Origin: an uncultured Erysipelotrichaceae bacterium
Lineage (GTDB): Bacteria > Bacillota_I > Bacilli_A > Erysipelotrichales > Erysipelotrichaceae
Length of the DNA stretch: 32,000 nucleotides
Assembly: GCA_942492995.1 (NCBI GenBank)
Contig: OW818653.1
Coordinates: 600,001 to 632,000, forward strand
Reading direction: 5' to 3'
The notes beneath the pieces are model-generated. The model did not search any database, was not told the DNA's origin, and saw only the letters and a list, made by a program, of their open reading frames with translations. Positions 9,140 to 19,575 of the stretch are shown here, piece after piece; positions within the stretch are counted from its first letter, which is position 1; each line of letters starts with the position of its first letter. The position numbers were made by a program, and so were the translations under genes.

Positions 9140-10804
9140 ATGCTACAGTCACTTTACATTAAAAACTATATTTTAATTGATGAATTAAGACTCGAATTTA
9201 AGTCTGGTTTCAGTGTGTTCACTGGTGAGACTGGGGCAGGGAAGTCAATACTTATTGATGCTATTGGATTAATTATGGGAGAACGATTTAGTTCTGATTT
9301 GATTCGACATGATACGGATAAATCTGTTCTTGAAGCTGTTTTTAATACTTCAAATCCAAAAATAGTTGAATTACTAAATGAATTTGGTTTTGAATTAGAA
9401 AATAATGAACTTATCATTACCCGCGAATTAACGAGAGATGGAAGATCTACGAATCGTTTGAATAACCGAAGTGTAACAGTTAATGTTTTAAAAGAATTAT
9501 CACAATATCTTGTTGATATACATAGTCAAAATGACACGCAATACTTACTTAATAATAAATATCATTTAAGTCTTTTGGATGCATATAAACCGAATGTTAG
9601 TTTATTAGAAGAAGTTAAGAAATTATTTCAAGTTTATGATGGTTTAAAAAAAGAACTAAGTCACAAGGAAAAGAATGAATTTAATCCAGATGACCTAGAG
9701 TTTTTAGAATTTCAGGTTAATGAAATCAATCAAGCTAATTTAGAATTGAATGAAGATTTAGAGCTTGAATCCAAACAAAAAATAATGATGAGTTTTGAAA
9801 AAATATCATTACGATTGAAAAATGCTTTAGATTTGCTTGATGAAAATGATGGCGTTTCGATAAAACTTCACGATAGTTTAAAACAATTACATTTTATTGA
9901 TGAAATTGGAGAGATTAAAAAGAGTACTGAAGAATTAAATGAACTTTATTATCTTTTACAAGATAAAATTGGTGAACTAAAAATTGCTTATAATTCATTA
10001 AGTTTTGATGAAGATTCATTTAATGCGATTCAAGATCGATTATTTTTAATCAATCGACTAAAGAAAAAATATGGTAAATCCATAGAAGCTATCTTTGAAC
10101 AAAGAGATAGTTTCATTGAGCGTATTAATTTGATTCAACATCGTCAAGAAATCTTAGATGAGCTGAAATTGCGTTTAGAAGCCTCTTATAAGGCATTTAA
10201 TGAGAAGGCAATATTGTTAAGTGATTACAGAAAATCACAAGCTAAAGGTCTTAAAACGGCTATTATCAAAGAAATACAAGAATTATACTTAGATAAAGCT
10301 CAATTTGAAATAGATTTTAAAGAAACTCAACCTTCAATACAGGGAATTGATTCAGTAGAGTTTTTAATTTCAATGAATCCTGGAGAAAGTTTAAAACCAT
10401 TAATTAAAGTAGCGAGTGGTGGAGAATTATCCAGATTAATGTTAGGTATGAAAGTTATATTTAATCAACTTCAAAAAATAGAAACAATTATTTTTGATGA
10501 AATAGATTCAGGTGTATCTGGTCGTGTCGCAACCGCAATAGGACAAAAAATGTCTAGATTATCAAAAACTGCACAAGTATTTTCAGTAACTCACTTAGGT
10601 CAAGTTGCCGCATGTTCACATAGTCATTACTATGTTTCTAAGAAACAAACAGCACACTTAACACATACGCATATACAAGAACTTGATGAAATTGGTCGTA
10701 TTAATGAATTATCTATGATATCAAGTGGTACACTCAATCCACAGTCAATAAAAGCAGCGGAAGAGTTGTTTAAGACAAATCAATCGTTAATAGAGGCTAT
10801 ATGA
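9140..10804 (+). CDS. recN: DNA repair protein RecN
   Basis: 554 aa. Walker A GETGAGKS, long coiled-coil middle, SMC signature ASGGELSRLML, Walker B IIFDEIDSG. Confidence 0.95.
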   Translation: MLQSLYIKNYILIDELRLEFKSGFSVFTGETGAGKSILIDAIGLIMGERFSSDLIRHDTDKSVLEAVFNTSNPKIVELLNEFGFELENNELIITRELTRDGRSTNRLNNRSVTVNVLKELSQYLVDIHSQNDTQYLLNNKYHLSLLDAYKPNVSLLEEVKKLFQVYDGLKKELSHKEKNEFNPDDLEFLEFQVNEINQANLELNEDLELESKQKIMMSFEKISLRLKNALDLLDENDGVSIKLHDSLKQLHFIDEIGEIKKSTEELNELYYLLQDKIGELKIAYNSLSFDEDSFNAIQDRLFLINRLKKKYGKSIEAIFEQRDSFIERINLIQHRQEILDELKLRLEASYKAFNEKAILLSDYRKSQAKGLKTAIIKEIQELYLDKAQFEIDFKETQPSIQGIDSVEFLISMNPGESLKPLIKVASGGELSRLMLGMKVIFNQLQKIETIIFDEIDSGVSGRVATAIGQKMSRLSKTAQVFSVTHLGQVAACSHSHYYVSKKQTAHLTHTHIQELDEIGRINELSMISSGTLNPQSIKAAEELFKTNQSLIEAI

Positions 10805-11697
10805 ATTGGGAAGATGCGATAAGGAGTTATGAATCACATTTAAATTTTATCGATCGAAAATCAAAACGAACAATTGAGAGCTATTTAAGTGATTTAAAAC
10901 ATTATCATACATATTTTAATGATAAGAATATTGAATTATCTGATATAAAAACATCATTAATTAATACGTATCTACAAGAATTTAATAATAGTCATTCTAA
11001 TTCAACTGTTTTAAGAACAAAAACAAGTATTGTTTCTTTCCATAAGTTTTTAAATCAGTATTATAAACTTGGATATAATCCAGCATCCGCGATTCAAAAA
11101 ATTAAAAAGATTCATCGTTATCCAAAAACAATAAATTATGATCAAATAAATAAAATACTTAATCCATCAAATTCTGTGCATGAATCATTTTTCATTGCCA
11201 TGTTTGATGTATTATATTCTTGTGGACTTCGTGTTTCTGAATTAGTTGATCTCAATTTAAATCAATTATTTCTAGAACAAGGCTACATTCGCGTATTAGG
11301 AAAAGGGGATAAAGAAAGAGTTGTCCCGATGGCAGATATAACGCGTAGAAATTTGAAAAGTTATATTGATAATGAGAGATTTCTGTGGTTAAAAAACAAA
11401 TCAAATTTAGTATTTATTAAGCCAAATGGTAAACCTATAACACGACAATATGTATATACTCAATTGAAACAAAGATGTTTAGAATTAGGAATTAATATAG
11501 AAATTTCACCACATAAATTAAGACATAGCTTTGCGACCTCATTGTTAAATGGAGGTGCAGATTTGAGAATTGTACAAGAATTATTAGGACATAGTGATAT
11601 TTCGACAACACAAATATATACGCATGTTGAAGGTAAACGTATGCATGAAGCTTACAATAGGTATCATCCTATGAATAAAAATAAAGGAGAGAAATAA
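10801..11697 (+). CDS. xerD: Tyrosine recombinase XerD (chromosome dimer resolution)
   Basis: 298 aa. Catalytic signature GLRVSEL ... [12 protein letters not shown] ... [19 protein letters not shown] overlap with recN. Sits next to deoB as ripX does in B. subtilis. No flanking repeats or phage genes. Confidence 0.8.
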   Translation: MNWEDAIRSYESHLNFIDRKSKRTIESYLSDLKHYHTYFNDKNIELSDIKTSLINTYLQEFNNSHSNSTVLRTKTSIVSFHKFLNQYYKLGYNPASAIQKIKKIHRYPKTINYDQINKILNPSNSVHESFFIAMFDVLYSCGLRVSELVDLNLNQLFLEQGYIRVLGKGDKERVVPMADITRRNLKSYIDNERFLWLKNKSNLVFIKPNGKPITRQYVYTQLKQRCLELGINIEISPHKLRHSFATSLLNGGADLRIVQELLGHSDISTTQIYTHVEGKRMHEAYNRYHPMNKNKGEK

Positions 11698-12878
11698 TGG
11701 AAAAATATAAAAGAATTATTACGGTTGTTTTAGATAGTGTTGGGGTTGGTGCAGCAAATGATGCGATAGATTATGGCGATGTTGGATCTGATACATTAGG
11801 TCATATTGCGGACGCAAATAATGGTTTAAATATTCCAAATTTAAGAGAATTAGGAATTGCGAACTTACATAATTTGAAAAACATTACACCGGTAACTCAA
11901 CCAAAAGCGTATTACACAAAACTTAGTGAAATGAGTTTGGGTAAAGATACGATGACTGGTCACTGGGAGATAATGGGTTTATTTATTGATACTCCATTTC
12001 AAACATTTACAGATACTGGGTTTCCAGATGATTTAATTCAAGTATTAAAAGATAAAACTGGTCATGATATTATAGGCAATAAATCTTCTAGTGGTACTGA
12101 AATACTAGATGAATTAGGCGAAGAACACATGCGAACAAATGCGATGATTGTATATACATCTGCAGATTCAGTATTACAAATTGCGGCACATGAAGAAACA
12201 TTCGGATTAGAAGAACTATATCGTTGTTGCGAAATAGCGCGCGAATTAACGATGGCTGATAAATGGAAGGTTGGTCGTGTCATTGCTAGACCATTTGTAG
12301 GGCCAAGAAAAGGCGAATTTAAGCGAACAAGTAATAGACATGATTATGCATTAAAACCTTTTAACAGAACGGTATTAGATGAATTAAAGGATAATCAGTT
12401 TGATGTAATTAGTGTTGGTAAGATAAATGATATTTTTGATGGGGAAGGGGTTACAAAAGCAATTAAATCGAAGAGTAACCATGATGGTATGGAAAAAACG
12501 ATTGAAATAGTAAAAAACGATTTCCATGGTTTACTATTTACAAATTTAGTTGATTTTGATGCACTATGGGGCCATCGTAGAGATCCAATCGGATATGGTA
12601 AAGAAATTGAAGCATTTGATGTTCAATTAAAGACATTAATTGAAAATTTAAGAGAAGATGATTTACTAATATTGACTGCAGATCATGGCAACGATCCAGT
12701 TTATCCAGGTACAGACCATACTCGCGAATATGTACCATTAGTTATGTTTAGTCCAAAACATAAAGGTGCTGGTTTATTACCATCACACACATTCGCATCA
12801 ATTGGTAAAACAATTGCAGATAATTTTAATGTTAAACTTCCTGATTATGGATATTCTTATTTAACTGATTTAATTTAA
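11697..12878 (+). CDS. deoB: Phosphopentomutase
   Basis: 393 aa. [18 protein letters not shown] and TADHGNDP metal-binding motifs. TAATG overlap with xerD. Confidence 0.95.
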   Translation: MEKYKRIITVVLDSVGVGAANDAIDYGDVGSDTLGHIADANNGLNIPNLRELGIANLHNLKNITPVTQPKAYYTKLSEMSLGKDTMTGHWEIMGLFIDTPFQTFTDTGFPDDLIQVLKDKTGHDIIGNKSSSGTEILDELGEEHMRTNAMIVYTSADSVLQIAAHEETFGLEELYRCCEIARELTMADKWKVGRVIARPFVGPRKGEFKRTSNRHDYALKPFNRTVLDELKDNQFDVISVGKINDIFDGEGVTKAIKSKSNHDGMEKTIEIVKNDFHGLLFTNLVDFDALWGHRRDPIGYGKEIEAFDVQLKTLIENLREDDLLILTADHGNDPVYPGTDHTREYVPLVMFSPKHKGAGLLPSHTFASIGKTIADNFNVKLPDYGYSYLTDLI

Positions 12879-12885
12879 AGTATAA

Positions 12886-12913
12886 AAGAGAGGATAATTT
12901 GAAAACCTCTCTT
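12886..12913. terminator. Bidirectional intrinsic terminator between convergent deoB and the secreted-protein gene
   Basis: 8-bp stem AAGAGAGG (12886-12893) pairs with CCTCTCTT (12906-12913), 12-nt loop. T-rich flank on both strands. Confidence 0.6.
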
Positions 12914-12984
12914 ATTTAATAATTATCTATATTAATTACATAATATACATTATGCGAAGTTAAGTATTAATATGATTTTTTGTA

Positions 12985-14454
12985 TTATTTCGATAAAAGT
13001 ATGTTTTCTATGATGTATATATAGTCTTTCCAAATTAAAGGTATTGTTTCTTTGTAGAATAGATTATTATTTGATATCATTCTAAATTTATCGTACATAT
13101 CATTATTTGTGTAAATCTCAATATTAACGCATTTAGTTATGTTTAAACGATTAGAATCTTCTACATAATAACATTGCTCAAATATTCCTAATATGCTAGT
13201 ATCTATCTCATTTAATACGATTATTTTATTCGTAATATTACCATCTTCAGTATCAAATGCACTGACATAACTAAATGGATCGAATTCACTGTATTGAATT
13301 ATTTTTAAGTCTTCTACATAAATTATTGGATTATCATTAGGTAATGCTAAAACATTCACAAATACTGTTGTATGCGAGCTTAAACCTTGTACATCAGTAA
13401 TTTGTAGATTTATCTGATAATTTCCAATTTTATCTTCGTAATTTGAAGATAATACAACAATTTTGTGAGAAATATTCCCCTCTTCATAATCTAAAGCTTT
13501 TACATAGTCTAACAGTTCAAATGCTTCACCTTTAAATATTGTTATATCAGATTTTTCAAAATATGGTGCTTGATTCACTAAATTACTACTTATTTGTAAT
13601 GGAGTTCCGCTATATACCACATAAAGACTTGAAATCCATACTGGGCTTATAGATGTACCTTCAATTATCCGTCGTCTAGGGCCATCACAAACACTTAATT
13701 TTGCTGAAACATTATAGAATGACGTATAATCAGAAAATACTTTAGATGATACGTTTTTATAGATTGAATTTAATAGAAAAAACAATTGATTTGTATAAGA
13801 TGCCGAACAATTTGTACCAGAATACCAATAAGTACTTACTTTTGAAGGTTGCTTTCTAGCGATAACAGTTGTTGAATTAACTTTAATTTCTGTATCATTT
13901 AATCTAGAAATAATCCTATATTCCTTATTATCTATCTTAAAATTTAAATCTTCTGGAATAGGAAAATAGACCGGAGTTTTAAATATTAGATTAGACTTAA
14001 GAGCATAACTTAAAATATTCGTTTGATATACTGTATCTATTTTAAATTTACTTAAAGGAATTGTAGCGATAAATCCAACGTTTTCATAATTGTAATTGCA
14101 CAATTCTGGTGCCTGACCAATAGCTACTGGGGCACATTTAGGTGATCCAAAATACTCCATCTGTTTTGTTAGAGATATGTTAGTTAGTTTAGCTTGTACT
14201 CTAAATGAATCATTAACACTAAAAAATTCTAATTCAGTCTTATGATCTGAATCATTAAGATAGTGTTGCTTATAACTTATAAATACCCAACCTTCAATAA
14301 CAATAGAATTATCAATTAATGAGATATTAAGTATTTCATATGGTATTTGTTTTTTATTAACCATAGTTTCAACAGCTGCATGAGCATTTATTCTAAAATA
14401 GCTTAAAGATCCTAATATTAATATTAATTTGAGTATTTGATTTATTACCTTCAT
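12985..14454 (-). CDS. Secreted hypothetical protein with two C-terminal Ig-like (DUF5011/HYR-like) repeats
   Basis: The real start is ATG 14454 (MKVINQILKLILILGSLSYFRINAHA|AVE, a type I signal peptide), 6 nt after AGGAGG. The track start at 14493 has no SD. 489 aa. Two ~75-aa repeats share xF(E/D)xxxYVxAxDxE(E/D)GNI(S/T)xKI(V/I)VL (nt 13114-13572). The N-terminal ~270 aa is unrecognised and has 4 Cys. No LPXTG motif, lipobox or C-terminal anchor. Confidence 0.8.
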   Translation of the reverse strand: MKVINQILKLILILGSLSYFRINAHAAVETMVNKKQIPYEILNISLIDNSIVIEGWVFISYKQHYLNDSDHKTELEFFSVNDSFRVQAKLTNISLTKQMEYFGSPKCAPVAIGQAPELCNYNYENVGFIATIPLSKFKIDTVYQTNILSYALKSNLIFKTPVYFPIPEDLNFKIDNKEYRIISRLNDTEIKVNSTTVIARKQPSKVSTYWYSGTNCSASYTNQLFFLLNSIYKNVSSKVFSDYTSFYNVSAKLSVCDGPRRRIIEGTSISPVWISSLYVVYSGTPLQISSNLVNQAPYFEKSDITIFKGEAFELLDYVKALDYEEGNISHKIVVLSSNYEDKIGNYQINLQITDVQGLSSHTTVFVNVLALPNDNPIIYVEDLKIIQYSEFDPFSYVSAFDTEDGNITNKIIVLNEIDTSILGIFEQCYYVEDSNRLNITKCVNIEIYTNNDMYDKFRMISNNNLFYKETIPLIWKDYIYIIENILLSK

Positions 14455-14810
14455 TTCTTCCTCCTTTTTATTCGTAAACAAATAATTATACATATTAAAC
14501 CTACTCCACTAATTATTATTGGAACGTAATTTACATTATTAATTGGTAATTTATTGTCAATTAAACATTTTGTTTCCCAATCTAACTGCAGATTATTGAT
14601 GATATTACCATTACTATTCACAACATAGAAATGTGTAAATCTTGAATCAATCCCAATAAGCATTCCATTCGTATTTTGCATAAAACTAGGATTATATGAA
14701 AATAATACCTCCCCTTCTTTTAACCCTAAAATATAGATGTCTTCATACATACAAGGATATTCGAATGCTTTATCTATTAAATTACCATCAATATTTTGAA
14801 AATTAGCCAT
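14451..14810 (-). CDS. Hypothetical 119-aa protein with a single C-terminal transmembrane helix and basic tail
   Basis: The ORF is bounded by an in-frame TAA two codons upstream of the ATG. C-terminus is YVPIIISGVGLICIIICL-RIKRRKK. No N-terminal signal peptide. Its TGA stop overlaps the downstream ATG (ATGA, 14451-14454). No SD; TATAAA lies 5 nt upstream of the ATG. Confidence 0.6.
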   Translation of the reverse strand: MANFQNIDGNLIDKAFEYPCMYEDIYILGLKEGEVLFSYNPSFMQNTNGMLIGIDSRFTHFYVVNSNGNIINNLQLDWETKCLIDNKLPINNVNYVPIIISGVGLICIIICLRIKRRKK

Positions 14811-14842
14811 ATTAGTTTATACGTATAAACATTGATTAGTCA

Positions 14843-14867
14843 TAAAAAAAAGGTCCTAGGGACCTTT
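14843..14867 (-). terminator. Intrinsic terminator of the hup-yugP unit
   Basis: On the minus strand: AGGTCC-CTA-GGACCT hairpin (14851-14865, extended by A-T pairs), followed by a run of 8 T (plus-strand A-run 14844-14851). It overlaps the yugP-like stop codon. Confidence 0.85.
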
Positions 14868-15534
14868 ATCGACGTCTATTAGATATAAGTATCAACCTTA
14901 ATATCTGGAATACCGTTGATATTAAAGCGGCTACATAAGTCATTGCTGCTGCGCTAAGCATAGATTTTGCATCAGCTTTTTCATCCATACTTATATAATT
15001 ACCATTTTCTAATTGAATTAATGCACGTTTCGATGCATCAAACTCGATAGGTAACGTTATAAGTTGGAAAAACGCAATTATAATTAACATTGTGATTCCA
15101 ATATAGAATACGCTTGCTAAACCTGAAGCAAGACCAATAATTGCAGCTACCCAACCTAGATTTCCAGATATAATAGCCAATGGTAATACTTTATTTCTAA
15201 CAGCGATCATAGAATAATTTTCGGCATACTGTATAGCATGACCAACTTCATGTGCTGCAATAGCAACTGAAGCGATACTTGAATCATTGTATACTTTGGG
15301 TGATAAGTTCACAGTGTTACTTTTAGGATCAAAATGATCGCTAAGTAATCCACTTTGACTTAATTGCACTTGTACGTTTGATAATCCATTAGAATCAAGA
15401 ATTTTACGAGCAATACTTGCTCCATTTATTCTTTGATCTGTTTGAACAGTACTAAAGTGAGAATAAGCACCTTTGACTTTGAATTGAGCCCAAAATACTA
15501 AACCTAATGCAAGTACATACAAAATAATATCCAT
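14866..15534 (-). CDS. Membrane zinc metallopeptidase, YugP-like (Zn_peptidase_2 family)
   Basis: 222 aa. N-terminal TM + WAQFKVK, DHFDPKSNTVNLS, HEVGHAIQ zinc motif, and C-terminal TM helices, closely like B. subtilis YugP. Confidence 0.88.
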   Translation of the reverse strand: MDIILYVLALGLVFWAQFKVKGAYSHFSTVQTDQRINGASIARKILDSNGLSNVQVQLSQSGLLSDHFDPKSNTVNLSPKVYNDSSIASVAIAAHEVGHAIQYAENYSMIAVRNKVLPLAIISGNLGWVAAIIGLASGLASVFYIGITMLIIIAFFQLITLPIEFDASKRALIQLENGNYISMDEKADAKSMLSAAAMTYVAALISTVFQILRLILISNRRR

Positions 15535-15539
15535 GTTTA

Positions 15540-15824
15540 TTATTTAACAGCGTCTTTTAGAGCTTTAGCGGCTTTAAATCCAGGAACTTTCGATGATGCA
15601 ACATGGATCTTTTCCATAGTCTTAGGATTGATACCTTCACGTGCATTACGAACTTTAACTTCAAACTTACCAAAGCCAGCGATGTCTACTTTTCCGCCTT
15701 TGCTTAGTTCAACTTTTAAACTATCAAATACGAAATCGATGATTTCACCTGCATGTTTTTTACTCAATTCTTTTTCTTCTGATAACAAATCAACTAGTGC
15801 TTTCTTATTAAATACATCACTCAT
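15540..15824 (-). CDS. hup: DNA-binding protein HU
   Basis: The real start is ATG 15824 (MSDVFNKKALVDLL...), after GGAGGA. 94 aa. HU signature GFGKFEVKVRNAREGINPKT. Confidence 0.93.
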   Translation of the reverse strand: MSDVFNKKALVDLLSEEKELSKKHAGEIIDFVFDSLKVELSKGGKVDIAGFGKFEVKVRNAREGINPKTMEKIHVASSKVPGFKAAKALKDAVK

Positions 15825-15847
15825 AGTAAATTTCCTCCATTTAGTAC

Positions 15848-15876
15848 ATAGTAACACTATAAAACTTCAAATACAA
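15848..15876 (-). promoter_or_regulatory. Putative hup promoter
   Basis: On the minus strand: -35 TTGTAT (15876-15871), 17-nt spacer, -10 TACTAT (15853-15848). Confidence 0.45.
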
Positions 15877-15888
15877 GGATACGGAATT

Positions 15889-16887
15889 CTATTCTTCTTC
15901 TGACTTAAGTTCTTTTTGCATTAAGTTTACAGCTGATATTGAAGGTATATTGTTCTCGTATAGAACTTTATAAACCTCTTCAGTTATCGGCATGTATATA
16001 CCTTTAAGTTTTGCTTCTTCATGAATAATCTTAGCTGCTTTTACACCTTCAACTGTTTTTGTGTTATTTTCCCAAAAAGCTTTTGCGGAATCATTCTTAC
16101 CGATCATTAATCCAGCTTGGAAATTTCTTGAATGAACACTTGTACACGTAACGATTAAGTCACCAACTCCTGTCAATCCTAAGAAAGTTTCAGGTTTAGC
16201 ACCCATTGCAAGACCATAGCGCGTAATTTCTGCTAAGCCTCTAGTTATAAGCGCTGCTCGTGCATTATCACCATAGCCTAAGCCTTGGATCATACCACTA
16301 GCTAATGCGATAATGTTTTTAACAGCAACACCAATTTCTGCACCAATAACATCGGTATTTCGATATACTCTAAAATAACGGTTTGAGAATAATTCTTGAA
16401 CAACTTTAGAATATTCTTCATTTTCACATACAGAATTTACAATAGTTGGTAATCTTAATATGACTTCTTCAGCATGTGAAGGACCAATTAAAGATACAAC
16501 TTCTTTCAATATCTCAGGTTTAACTTTTTCTTTGATATAAACAGATAATCTTTGATGTGTTGTTGGATGAAATCCTTTTGAGACATTAATAACTATAATA
16601 GGATGTTTAACATTTTCATTTAATGTATTACATACATCTTCAATTGCTTCTGAAGGTATAGCTAACAAGAAAACTTCTGCATCTAGTAACGGTGTAATTT
16701 CAGTACTCGCCTGTATATTTTCATTAATTGTTACTCCAGGAAAGTACTTTTCATTCATATGATGAACTTGAATATCTACTAGTTCATCTAAATTTCTTCC
16801 CCAAATTGTAACATCATGTTGGTTATCAGCAAGAACTTGAGCTAAAGCAGTACCCCAACTACCACTACCAATAATAGCTATTTTCAT
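15889..16887 (-). CDS. gpsA: NAD(P)H-dependent glycerol-3-phosphate dehydrogenase
   Basis: 332 aa. Rossmann motif IGSGSWGTALA. Motifs NVSKG, GYGDNARAALITRGLAE. Follows der as in Bacillus. Confidence 0.95.
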   Translation of the reverse strand: MKIAIIGSGSWGTALAQVLADNQHDVTIWGRNLDELVDIQVHHMNEKYFPGVTINENIQASTEITPLLDAEVFLLAIPSEAIEDVCNTLNENVKHPIIVINVSKGFHPTTHQRLSVYIKEKVKPEILKEVVSLIGPSHAEEVILRLPTIVNSVCENEEYSKVVQELFSNRYFRVYRNTDVIGAEIGVAVKNIIALASGMIQGLGYGDNARAALITRGLAEITRYGLAMGAKPETFLGLTGVGDLIVTCTSVHSRNFQAGLMIGKNDSAKAFWENNTKTVEGVKAAKIIHEEAKLKGIYMPITEEVYKVLYENNIPSISAVNLMQKELKSEEE

Positions 16888-16891
16888 TTTT

Positions 16892-18199
16892 CTACTCCTT
16901 TATTCGTGCAATAATACGAATTGGTGTTCCTTCAAATATAAATGCTTCGCGAAGTCGATTTTCTAAATATCTACGATATGAGAAATGTAATAGTTTAGGA
17001 TCATTAACAAATAATACGATTGTAGGTGGCGCTACAGCTACTTGTGCAGCGTATAGAATCTTCAAACGGTTTCCTTGATGTGTTGGTGGAGGCGTAATAA
17101 TCTGAGCATCCATAATAACTTCATTTAAAACATTTGTTTGAATTCTTAAATGACTATATTCATATAATCGATTAATTGTAGGAATAATTAAATTAATACG
17201 TTGTTTATTCTTAGCAGAGACAAATAAGATTGGAGCAAATGATAGGTAAAGGAATTCTTTACGAATCTCTTCAGTAATTCTTATCATACTCGATTCATCT
17301 TTTGTAACAACATCCCATTTATTATAAACAATAACTATAGGTTTACCAGCTTCATGAGCATAACCTGCAACATGCTTGTCCTGGTCACGAATACCTGTTA
17401 CTCCATCGATGACAAATAAGATTACATCAGCTCTCTCAATCGCTTGCAACGCTCTTAAAACAGCGTATTTCTCAATATTTTCATAAACTTTACCACGTTT
17501 ACGAATTCCCGCGGTATCTATAACAACATAGTCACTACCTTCATGTCTAAACACACTATCCACTGCATCACGTGTAGTACCTTCTATATCAGATACAATG
17601 ACACGTTCTTGATTTAAAATCGCATTTACTAATGATGATTTACCAACGTTGGGTCTACCAATAATAGCGAATTTAATTGTGCCTTCTTTTTCTTTTTGTG
17701 ATTTAGCTGGAAATTTAGAAATAATGTTATCTAAAAGATCCCCAATCCCAATCCCATGCACACCACTTACTGCAATAATCTCTTCAACACCTAATGCATA
17801 AAATTCATAGATATTGTGTAACAAATCCTTATTATCTGTTTTGTTTACTGCACAGATAATCGGCTTGTTTGTTTTATGTAACATTTTTGCGATATAACGA
17901 TCATCATCTGTTATACCCTCTTTACCATTCACAACAAAAATAATGACATCAGCTTCATCAATAGCAATTTCAACTTGTACACGAATTTCTTCTTGGAAAG
18001 TCGCATTTTCAACTTGAATACCACCTGTATCGATAATTCTAAAATCTTTGGTTAACCAATTTGCTTTAGAATATATACGGTCTCTAGTAACGCCAGGACT
18101 GTCCTCAACAATTGATAAACGTTCTCCTATAATGCGATTAAATATTGTTGATTTTCCAACATTCGGTCTTCCGACAATCGCAACTACACCATCAATCAT
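16892..18199 (-). CDS. der: Ribosome-associated GTPase Der (EngA)
   Basis: Two tandem G domains (GRPNVGKST twice; DTGG/DTAG; NKTD/NKWD) plus a KH-like C-terminus. Best start is ATG 18199 ([10 protein letters not shown]), 8 nt after GAGAGGAG. The track start at 18208 is a GTG inside the cmk end. Confidence 0.94.
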   Translation of the reverse strand: MIDGVVAIVGRPNVGKSTIFNRIIGERLSIVEDSPGVTRDRIYSKANWLTKDFRIIDTGGIQVENATFQEEIRVQVEIAIDEADVIIFVVNGKEGITDDDRYIAKMLHKTNKPIICAVNKTDNKDLLHNIYEFYALGVEEIIAVSGVHGIGIGDLLDNIISKFPAKSQKEKEGTIKFAIIGRPNVGKSSLVNAILNQERVIVSDIEGTTRDAVDSVFRHEGSDYVVIDTAGIRKRGKVYENIEKYAVLRALQAIERADVILFVIDGVTGIRDQDKHVAGYAHEAGKPIVIVYNKWDVVTKDESSMIRITEEIRKEFLYLSFAPILFVSAKNKQRINLIIPTINRLYEYSHLRIQTNVLNEVIMDAQIITPPPTHQGNRLKILYAAQVAVAPPTIVLFVNDPKLLHFSYRRYLENRLREAFIFEGTPIRIIARIKE

Positions 18200-18200
18200 A

Positions 18201-18872
18201 TCAATCACTCCTCTCTTTTAATTTTAATAATACAATTTCATAAACCTTCTCAACAGATTCTTCAATATTTAAATTAGAAGTATCTAATAAATAAGCATCA
18301 TCTGTCTTAATTAAAGGTGAATGTGTTCTATTTTGATCTTGTGCATCTCTTAACTTAATTTCATCGTATATAGTTTGATAATTTATTTCAATACCTTTAT
18401 CTATATAATCTTTGAAACGTCTATTTGCACGAGACTCAATACTCGCAGTTTGGAATATCTTAACTTCCGCATCTGGTAACACAACAGATCCAATATCTCT
18501 TCCATCTAAAATATACCCTTTGTCTTTTGCTATGTTTTGTTGGATATGAACAAGACTTTCTCTCAATTTAGGAAATTGTGCGATAGTTGATGTTAATAAA
18601 TCAATATCCTTTGATCGAATTTTCGAACTTATATCTTTACCATCTAAATGTATATGTCCTAAATCATCAAAAGTAAAATGGCTATCATTAACCATTTTTA
18701 CTAAATCATCCTCACTATTTGTATTAATTTTGTTTTTTAATGCTTTATAAGTACAAGCTCGATACATAGCACCAGTATCAAGGTGAGTATAATTTAATCG
18801 TTTGGCCAAAGCTTTCGCAATCGTACTTTTGCCCGATGCGCTTGGTCCATCAATTGCTATATTTAATTTCAT
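18201..18872 (-). CDS. cmk: Cytidylate kinase
   Basis: The real start is ATG 18872 ([17 protein letters not shown]), sharing one base with the upstream TGA stop (TGATG). 223 aa. DTGAMYR and GRDIGSVV motifs. Confidence 0.93.
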   Translation of the reverse strand: MKLNIAIDGPSASGKSTIAKALAKRLNYTHLDTGAMYRACTYKALKNKINTNSEDDLVKMVNDSHFTFDDLGHIHLDGKDISSKIRSKDIDLLTSTIAQFPKLRESLVHIQQNIAKDKGYILDGRDIGSVVLPDAEVKIFQTASIESRANRRFKDYIDKGIEINYQTIYDEIKLRDAQDQNRTHSPLIKTDDAYLLDTSNLNIEESVEKVYEIVLLKLKERSD

Positions 18873-19558
18873 CAATAATATCCTTTTGAATATAATACCC
18901 AATAAACCGCAAAACCTAACATAACCACTAATACTAATACCAATATGAATACCACAATATTCAAAACACGATGTGATGACATAACAGATTCATTCATATC
19001 AATTAACTCTTTTTCATAATCATTTAATTGAATTCTTAACTTTTGAGTTTCTTCGAGTACTTGATTTATATCTTCAGAATCATTTTTTATGTTTTCTATA
19101 GGTAAATCATTAAAGTCATTTTCTATAATCATTTTAATTTCTTGAGTTAAATCAGCTTGATTCTTCTCTTCGAAAATTGCAGATTTTATCGGTTCGGCTT
19201 TTAGTTCTTTAACTTCACTCTTTTTAAGAACTTCTAAGTCAGTATCAAATTCACTTCGATACCCTTTTTTTAGATTATAATTTCTAACTTCTTCTAAGAA
19301 GTCATTGATATATTCTGTTTCAACTGTGTTTGTTTTGATTGGTTTAGTATCAAAATCCAATGATTTTTCTCTTCTAGAATGTAAAGCTTGATAAGGTTCA
19401 CTTGAACTTAACACACTCGTGCGAGTTAGCATTGGATTAATTTTATTCAATCTTTCCGCATATGAAGAAAGAGCTGGTGAAACCAGTTCTTCTTCGCGGT
19501 CATTTTCAATTGTATTTCTTAATACTTGATTTTTTTTGACTCGTGATAGGGTTTCCAT
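18872..19558 (-). CDS. Hypothetical acidic, coiled-coil-rich protein with a C-terminal transmembrane anchor
   Basis: 228 aa. No recognisable domain. C-terminal TM VLNIVVFILVLVLVVMLGFAVYWVL. SD AAGAGG 7 nt upstream. First gene of the cmk-der-gpsA transcription unit. Confidence 0.7.
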   Translation of the reverse strand: METLSRVKKNQVLRNTIENDREEELVSPALSSYAERLNKINPMLTRTSVLSSSEPYQALHSRREKSLDFDTKPIKTNTVETEYINDFLEEVRNYNLKKGYRSEFDTDLEVLKKSEVKELKAEPIKSAIFEEKNQADLTQEIKMIIENDFNDLPIENIKNDSEDINQVLEETQKLRIQLNDYEKELIDMNESVMSSHRVLNIVVFILVLVLVVMLGFAVYWVLYSKGYY

Positions 19559-19575
19559 GAAATAACCTCTTGTTT

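Noticed and set aside
10801-11697. Tyrosine recombinase as a marker of an integrated mobile element
   Set aside because: It has XerD-type motifs and is translationally coupled to recN and deoB inside conserved synteny. There are no att-like repeats, phage or transposon genes nearby.
529-12738. Short antisense ORFs in the plus-strand gene block (529-747, 2659-2889, 4712-4897, 6130-6378, 6733-7122, 9166-9417, 12062-12283, 12538-12738)
   Set aside because: Each lies entirely opposite a strongly supported conserved CDS. They have low-complexity or hydrophobic composition typical of antisense AT-rich frames, and no SD or promoter.
14451-14552. C-terminus of the 119-aa protein (LPINN...hydrophobic...RIKRRKK) looks like a sortase sorting signal
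   Set aside because: LPINN is not LPXTG. The protein has no N-terminal signal peptide, which sortase substrates require.
14818-14825. TACGTATA upstream of the 119-aa ORF resembles the streptococcal ComX cin-box TACGAATA
   Set aside because: It has one mismatch in a short AT-rich palindromic string that is easily found by chance. The comGA upstream region itself lacks any such box, and there is no evidence for ComX here.
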